Part shown: positions 58,315-64,000 of the stretch, piece by piece
Layout: every line of letters starts with the position of its first letter
Numbering within the stretch: position 1 is the stretch's first letter
Source: an uncultured Bacilli bacterium
Lineage (GTDB): Bacteria; Bacillota_I; Bacilli_A; RF39; UBA660
Assembly (NCBI GenBank): GCA_947628535.1
Contig: CANRAF010000003.1
Coordinates: forward strand, 22,350 to 86,349
Direction of reading: 5' to 3'
DNA length: 64,000 nucleotides
Program-made: the position numbers and the translations under genes
The notes under the pieces: generated by a model
Told to the model about the DNA's origin: nothing
What the model saw: the letters and a program-made list of their open reading frames with translations, nothing else
The model's database searches: none

Positions 58315-59082
58315 ATGGAAGTATTTTTTATAATAGTTTTTGCACTTTTTGGTTTAGTTTTTGGATCATTTTTCAATGTTGTTGGATTAAGGCTTTGCAA
58401 GGGAGAGAATCTAGCTTTTCCAGGCAGTCACTGTCCTAAATGTAATCATATGCTTAAATATTATGAACTAGTGCCTGTCTTTTCTTATATATTTTTAAAA
58501 GGAAGATGTAAAAATTGCAAAGAAAAAATAAGTATTATGTATCCTGTAATTGAAATGTTTACAGCTGTTTTATTCGCAGTTTGTTATTATGTATATGGTT
58601 TTACTCCAGAACTTTTTTTAGGGCTTCTTCTTTGTTCTTTATTTATAATTATTATAGTAACAGATTTAAATTATTATATTATTCCTGATAGTATAGTTAT
58701 AACTTTTGGAATACTCATATTTATATATAACATTATAACTAAAGGTATACTTGATGCTGCAACTTATGTTTTATTTGGTTTTATTATGTTTTTATTTATG
58801 TTTGCTCTTATGAAATTTGGTAATTTTCTTTTTAAAGAAGAGAGTTTAGGGGGAGGAGATATCAAACTAATGGGTATTTTAGGAATGACTGTAAAACCTT
58901 TAGTTTCTGCTTTATCTCTTACTTTAGCAGCTATTATAGCGCTTCCTTGTTCACTTTTCTTTTTAATAAAAAAGAAAGATAAAATTATACCTTTTGGGCC
59001 ATTTATAGTAGCAGCTTTTATCATTTTAATTTTTACAGGTATTGATACTAAAGATATTATAGATTTTTTGATGAGAATGTAA
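58315..59082 (+). CDS. pilD: Prepilin peptidase
   Basis: GSFFNV..RL, S.CP.C, GRC..C, GGGDIKL, IPFGPF. Confidence 0.92.
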   Translation: MEVFFIIVFALFGLVFGSFFNVVGLRLCKGENLAFPGSHCPKCNHMLKYYELVPVFSYIFLKGRCKNCKEKISIMYPVIEMFTAVLFAVCYYVYGFTPELFLGLLLCSLFIIIIVTDLNYYIIPDSIVITFGILIFIYNIITKGILDAATYVLFGFIMFLFMFALMKFGNFLFKEESLGGGDIKLMGILGMTVKPLVSALSLTLAAIIALPCSLFFLIKKKDKIIPFGPFIVAAFIILIFTGIDTKDIIDFLMRM

Positions 59083-59170
59083 TAAAAGTAAGATTTTAAT
59101 TATAACTTAGTCTTACTTTTTTTATTTGTATATCTTATTTTTTTGTTTTATAATAAAATTGGTGATGTAA

Positions 59171-61741
59171 ATGAAAAAAGTAATACTCGTGGACGGAAAT
59201 AATCTTCTTTTTAGAAGTTATTATGCAACAGCTTATAAAGGTTCAATTATGAGAAATTCCAAAGGTTTTCCTACCAATGGATTATATAGTTTTATAAATA
59301 TGTTAAATAAAATAATATCAGAAGAAAATCCATCTTATATGATGATTGCATTTGACAAAGGCAAAACATTTCGTCATGAAAAATATAAAGATTATAAAGA
59401 TGGGAGAAAAGAAACTCCTGAAGAGTTAAAAATGCAGTTTCCTGTTGCTAAAGAAATATCTAAAGCAATGGGTATATCTTGTTTTGAAATAGATAATTAT
59501 GAAGCAGATGATATAATTGGAACATTTGCAACTGAAGTTGATATAAATGATGAATTTGTCTCTACAATTATTAGTAGTGATAAAGATTTACTTCAGTTAA
59601 TATCAGATGATAATGAAGTAAAACTTTTAAAAAGTAATGATTATATTAGATTTGATAAAAAAACTTTTATCGAAACATATGGTTTTACTCCTGAAAAAAT
59701 AACTGATTTAAAAGGTTTAATGGGAGATTCAAGTGATAATATTCCTGGAGTTAAAGGGATTGGAGAAAAAGGTGCTATTTCACTGGTGTCTAAATATGGA
59801 ACTTTAGAAAATATTTATAAAAATATTGATGATATAAAAGGAAAAACTAAAGAAAAGTTAGAAAATGATAAAGATAGTGCCTTCTTTTCTAAAGAATTAG
59901 CAACTATTTGTAGAGATGTTCCAATTGATAAAGATTTAGAAAAAATAAAGTACAGAGGTGTTACTCCAAAATTAGTACCACTTTTAAAAGAATATGAGTT
60001 TTTCTCTCTTATAAAAAAATTAAATATAAAAGAAGAAATAGAAGAGAAGAAAACTTATGAAATTGTAGATAGTATTGAAATTAATAAAGATAGTTCTATA
60101 TATATTGAGACAAATGGTAATTATCATGATAAAGAAATACTTGGTATTTCTATATCTAATGAAGATGGTAACTATTTTTTGGAAAAAGAAAATATTAAAA
60201 ATATAAAAATAAATGAAAAAGTTAAACTTTATACTTATGATCTTAAAAAACTTATTATTTTATTTAAATATAATGGTGTATCAATCAAAAACAAAGTAGA
60301 GGATTTGATGATTGAAGCCTATATTTTAAATTATCATATTAAAGAAGATATTCATTATCTTATGAATATATGTGGCTATAGTAGTTCATCTTGTGAAGAA
60401 ATGCTTAAAAGAAAAGCAAAACTTGTACATGAAGATTTTATAGAAAATATGGTAAAAAAAGCTAGTTTTATCTATGAAAATAAAGATAGATTTTATAAAG
60501 AACTCGAAAAAAATGACTTCTTATCTTTATATAACGATATTGATCTTCCACTTACTTATGTTTTAATTGATATGGAATATACTGGTGTTAAAATAGATAA
60601 AGATTTTCTTCTTTCAATGAAAGATGAAGTTTATAAAAAGGTAGTAGAACTTGAAGAAGATATATATACTCTCGCCGGTACTAGAGATTTTAATATTCAA
60701 AGTCCTAAACAACTTGGACTTGTGCTTTTTGACAAACTTAAAATACCTTATCCAAAGAGAATAAAAAGTGATAAAAGTTATTTTACAAGTGTAGATATTT
60801 TGCAAAAACTTACTGATTATGAAATTATTAGAAAGATTTTAGATTATAGAACTCTTACTAAACTTTATTCAAATTATATAGTAGGATTAATTGATTATAT
60901 AAAAGATGATGGGAAAATTCATACTATTTTTACACAGACTTTAACAAGGACAGGAAGACTTTCATCAACAAGTCCAAATCTTCAAAATATACCTGTTCGT
61001 GAAGAATATGGACGACTTATAAGAAAAGCTTTTGTTCCTAGTGATGGAGGAGTCATAATATCTTCTGATTATTCACAAATCGAACTTAGAGTTTTTGCTC
61101 ATATGTCTAATGCCGATAACTTAATAAAGGCTTTTAATAATGATTTAGATATTCATACTAAAACTGCTATGGATATATATCACGTTAAGGAAAACGAAGT
61201 TACTAAACAAATGAGAAGAAACGCCAAGGCTGTTAATTTTGGTATATTATATGGTATCAGTAGTTTTGGACTTTCTGAAGATTTAGGAATAAATGTAAAA
61301 GATGCAAAAGTATTTATTGATAATTATTTAAATACTTATCCTGGTATTAAAGATTATATGAATAATTTAATTAAAGATGCTCATGATAATGGTTTTGTAA
61401 AAACTTTATTAGGACGTGTTAGAATTATAGATGAGTTAAAAAGTGCAAATTATATGGTAAAGTCTCAAGGAGAGAGAATGGCTCTTAATACTCCAATACA
61501 AGGGACAAGTGCTGATATAATAAAAATGGCTATGATAAATATTTATGATGAACTTAATAAAAGGGGATTAAAAGCCAAAATGATTATTCAAGTTCATGAT
61601 GAACTTTTAATAGATTGTCCTAGAGAAGAAATAGAAGAAGTAACTAAGTTGATAAAAGATCAAATGGAAAATGTTTGTAAATTAAAAGTACCTTTAAAAG
61701 TTGATATTGAAAGTGGAAAAAATTGGTATGAAGCAAAATAA
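59171..61741 (+). CDS. polA: DNA polymerase I
   Basis: LVDG..RSYY, GDSSDNIPGV.GIG, TGRLSS..PNLQNIP, DYSQIELR, QVHDEL. Confidence 0.98.
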   Translation: MKKVILVDGNNLLFRSYYATAYKGSIMRNSKGFPTNGLYSFINMLNKIISEENPSYMMIAFDKGKTFRHEKYKDYKDGRKETPEELKMQFPVAKEISKAMGISCFEIDNYEADDIIGTFATEVDINDEFVSTIISSDKDLLQLISDDNEVKLLKSNDYIRFDKKTFIETYGFTPEKITDLKGLMGDSSDNIPGVKGIGEKGAISLVSKYGTLENIYKNIDDIKGKTKEKLENDKDSAFFSKELATICRDVPIDKDLEKIKYRGVTPKLVPLLKEYEFFSLIKKLNIKEEIEEKKTYEIVDSIEINKDSSIYIETNGNYHDKEILGISISNEDGNYFLEKENIKNIKINEKVKLYTYDLKKLIILFKYNGVSIKNKVEDLMIEAYILNYHIKEDIHYLMNICGYSSSSCEEMLKRKAKLVHEDFIENMVKKASFIYENKDRFYKELEKNDFLSLYNDIDLPLTYVLIDMEYTGVKIDKDFLLSMKDEVYKKVVELEEDIYTLAGTRDFNIQSPKQLGLVLFDKLKIPYPKRIKSDKSYFTSVDILQKLTDYEIIRKILDYRTLTKLYSNYIVGLIDYIKDDGKIHTIFTQTLTRTGRLSSTSPNLQNIPVREEYGRLIRKAFVPSDGGVIISSDYSQIELRVFAHMSNADNLIKAFNNDLDIHTKTAMDIYHVKENEVTKQMRRNAKAVNFGILYGISSFGLSEDLGINVKDAKVFIDNYLNTYPGIKDYMNNLIKDAHDNGFVKTLLGRVRIIDELKSANYMVKSQGERMALNTPIQGTSADIIKMAMINIYDELNKRGLKAKMIIQVHDELLIDCPREEIEEVTKLIKDQMENVCKLKVPLKVDIESGKNWYEAK

Positions 61742-61753
61742 AGGAGTGGTATT

Positions 61754-62572
61754 ATGCCTGAACTTCCCGAAGTAGAAACTGTAAGAAAAAGTCTTCTTTT
61801 AAAACTAAAAGGAAAAACTATCAAGGATTTGAAAGTATTACATAATAATGTTTTTCAAAGTCAAAATATAGAAGAAGTTATTAAAAATATTAAAAATCAA
61901 ACTATTAGAGATATTAAAAGACGTGGTAAATGGCTTATGTATGATTTAGATGATTATTATTTACTTAGTCATTTAAGAATGGAAGGAAAATATATCTATA
62001 GAGATATAAATGAAAAAATAGAAAAACATGAGCTTGTTATATTTAATATTGATAATGAATTTGAACTTAGATATAAAGATGTTAGAAAATTTGGTAAAAT
62101 GTATTTAGTTTTAAAAGATGAGTTAGATAAAAGTCCAATTGGCAAACTTGGGCTTGAACCTTGGGATAAGAATTTAACAAAAGAGTATTTGAAAAATGCT
62201 TATAAAAATAAAAAACTTTCTATTAAAACTTTACTTTTAGATCAAAGTATAATAGTAGGAATAGGAAATATATATGCAGATGAAATATTGTTTTTAAGTA
62301 AAATTAATCCATATAAAAAAGGAAATGAATTAAGTAATAAAAATTTAGAAGATATAATAAAAAATACAAGAATTGTTTTAGACAAAGCAATAAAAGCAGG
62401 AGGAACTACTATTAGGAGTTATACATCAGAAGAAGGAGTTACAGGACTTTTTCAAAATGATTTAAATGTTCATAAAAGAGAAGGAGAAAAATGCCCTAAT
62501 TGTGGAAATATAATAATAAGAGAAAAAATAAATGGTAGAAGTAGTTATTACTGTAATAAATGTCAAAAGTAA
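61754..62572 (+). CDS. mutM: Formamidopyrimidine-DNA glycosylase
   Basis: PELPEVET, RRGK, HLRMEG, GIGNIYADE, C-terminal Cys4 zinc finger. Confidence 0.97.
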   Translation: MPELPEVETVRKSLLLKLKGKTIKDLKVLHNNVFQSQNIEEVIKNIKNQTIRDIKRRGKWLMYDLDDYYLLSHLRMEGKYIYRDINEKIEKHELVIFNIDNEFELRYKDVRKFGKMYLVLKDELDKSPIGKLGLEPWDKNLTKEYLKNAYKNKKLSIKTLLLDQSIIVGIGNIYADEILFLSKINPYKKGNELSNKNLEDIIKNTRIVLDKAIKAGGTTIRSYTSEEGVTGLFQNDLNVHKREGEKCPNCGNIIIREKINGRSSYYCNKCQK

Positions 62573-62773
62573 ACGGTTTAAGCCGTTTGCTCTTTTCTTA
62601 TTTTTAAAATTTTTGGGTTATAATTTAAATAGATAAACTAAACTTTGAAACTATTGATTTCAAAGTTTTCCCTTTTGTTAAATTTTTGTGAAATGTGTTG
62701 AAAAAAGAACTTATTTATCATATAATGTAAAGGCGTAGTAAAATAGTAGATGTAAAAATTAACAGGAGGAAAT

Positions 62774-64000
62774 ATGAGGAAATTAATAAAAAAGTTAAAT
62801 AAACTTCAAGTTTTTCTTGTACTTATTAGTATAATTTTCGTAATAGTTCAAGTATGGCTTGATTTAAAAATACCGGATTATATGAATGAAATAACAAGAT
62901 ATGTAGAAACCAAAGGAAGTACCATGGCCGATATTTTAAAACCTGGTGGATATATGGTAATATGTGCTTTTGGTAGTTTAATTTCTTCTATCATAGTTGG
63001 TTATTTTGCAGCATATATTGCAGCATCTTTTTCTAAGAATTTAAGACAAGATGTATTTAATCAAGTTTTAAAATTTGGTATGGAAGAGATAAAAGATTTT
63101 TCTACAAGTAGTTTAATTACTAGAACTACAAATGATATAACCCAAGTAGGAATGCTTATTTCAATGGGGCTTCAAGTTATTATAAAAGCTCCGATTATGG
63201 CTATATGGGCGATTACTAAAATTGCAGGAAAAAGTTATCAATGGTCTTTGGCAACTGGAGTAGCTATTTTTGTATTAGTTGCTATGATTATGGTTTTAAT
63301 ATTCGTAGCTCTTCCTAAATTCAAAAAAATTCAGTGGCTTACTGATAATTTAAATAGAATTACTCGTGAAAATTTAACAGGTATAAGAGTAGTTCGTGCA
63401 TATAATGCAGAAAAGTATCAACTTAATAAATTTGCAGTTGCTAATAACGAACTTACAGATACACATTTATTTACTTCCAGGGTTATGGCAATTATGAATC
63501 CTGTGATGAATATGATTATGTCTGGACTTTCTTTATCCATCTATTTTATAGGAGCTTATTTAATAAATGAAGCAAATATGCTTGATAAAATAGGTCTATT
63601 TAGTGATATGGTAGTCTTTTCAGCATATGCAATGCAAGTAGTAATGTCATTTATGATGCTTACTATGATATTTATTTTATATCCTCGTGCTAGTGTAGCT
63701 GCTAAAAGAATAGGAGAGGTTTTAGAAACTGAAAGTTCTATTAAAGAAGGAGACAAAGAAGAAGGACTTGAGAAAGGAACAATTGAATTTAAAAATGTTT
63801 CCTTTAAATATCCTGATGCTGAAGAGTATATGCTTAAAGATATTAACTTTAAAGTAAAACAAGGAGAGACAATTGCCTTTATAGGAAGAACAGGAAGTGG
63901 AAAAAGTACAATTATTAATTTAATTCCAAGACTTTATGATGTTACAGATGGAGAAGTTTTGGTAGATGGAATAAATGTAAAAAATTATAAAGAAAAAAGT
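62774..64000 (+). CDS. ABC transporter fused TMD+ATPase (multidrug exporter type), truncated by the window end
   Basis: Absent from the ORF track; read by hand: MRKLIKK...SSLITRTTND...RENLTGIRVVRAYN...IAFIGRTGSGKST; GGAGG RBS. Confidence 0.9.
   Translation, partial: MRKLIKKLNKLQVFLVLISIIFVIVQVWLDLKIPDYMNEITRYVETKGSTMADILKPGGYMVICAFGSLISSIIVGYFAAYIAASFSKNLRQDVFNQVLKFGMEEIKDFSTSSLITRTTNDITQVGMLISMGLQVIIKAPIMAIWAITKIAGKSYQWSLATGVAIFVLVAMIMVLIFVALPKFKKIQWLTDNLNRITRENLTGIRVVRAYNAEKYQLNKFAVANNELTDTHLFTSRVMAIMNPVMNMIMSGLSLSIYFIGAYLINEANMLDKIGLFSDMVVFSAYAMQVVMSFMMLTMIFILYPRASVAAKRIGEVLETESSIKEGDKEEGLEKGTIEFKNVSFKYPDAEEYMLKDINFKVKQGETIAFIGRTGSGKSTIINLIPRLYDVTDGEVLVDGINVKNYKEKS

Noticed and set aside
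1596-63756. Many short ORFs antisense to or nested in recognised genes (e.g. 1596-1856, 2742-2987, 10079-10336, 33353-33718, 45519-46004, 48949-49326, 63556-63756)
   Set aside because: They are shadows of well-supported genes, without RBS or motifs.
1-64000. Mycoplasma-type genetic code 4
   Set aside because: TGA terminates conserved genes at their expected ends (e.g. DUF1538 and the amidase), and long ORFs are intact under code 11.

Overview
Very AT-rich chromosomal segment of a Bacillota genome using the standard code (TGA stops are used). The gene content and style suggest an uncultured, genome-reduced, spore-forming member of Bacilli such as RF39/UBA660; this assignment is an inference. 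Core genes are spoIVA, ftsA-ftsZ, rpoZ, recX, pdp, leuS, folD, polC, cdsA-rseP, polA-mutM, tRNA-Arg(CCT) and tRNA-Ser(GCT). Also present are a BceRS-BceAB-type module with a recognisable binding box, CIRCE-controlled hsp20, feoAB behind a sigK-like promoter, a fused YtqA/YtqB (MnmL-MnmM) gene and pilC-pilD. The most striking part is a ~7.6 kb cell-surface island right after polC (41.8-49.5 kb). It holds three tandem, strictly alternating pairs of paralogous secreted proteins with TasA/CalY (SipW-class)-like N-termini, followed by three secreted proteins sharing an LPXTG-like motif and a conserved, abnormally short 13-residue tail. Two of those three genes have promoters with G9/G10 tracts inside the -35/-10 spacer, candidate phase-variation switches. 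A tandemly duplicated divergent double-XRE / SpoVT-like regulator module follows. No CRISPR array, rRNA, prophage or transposase was recognised.
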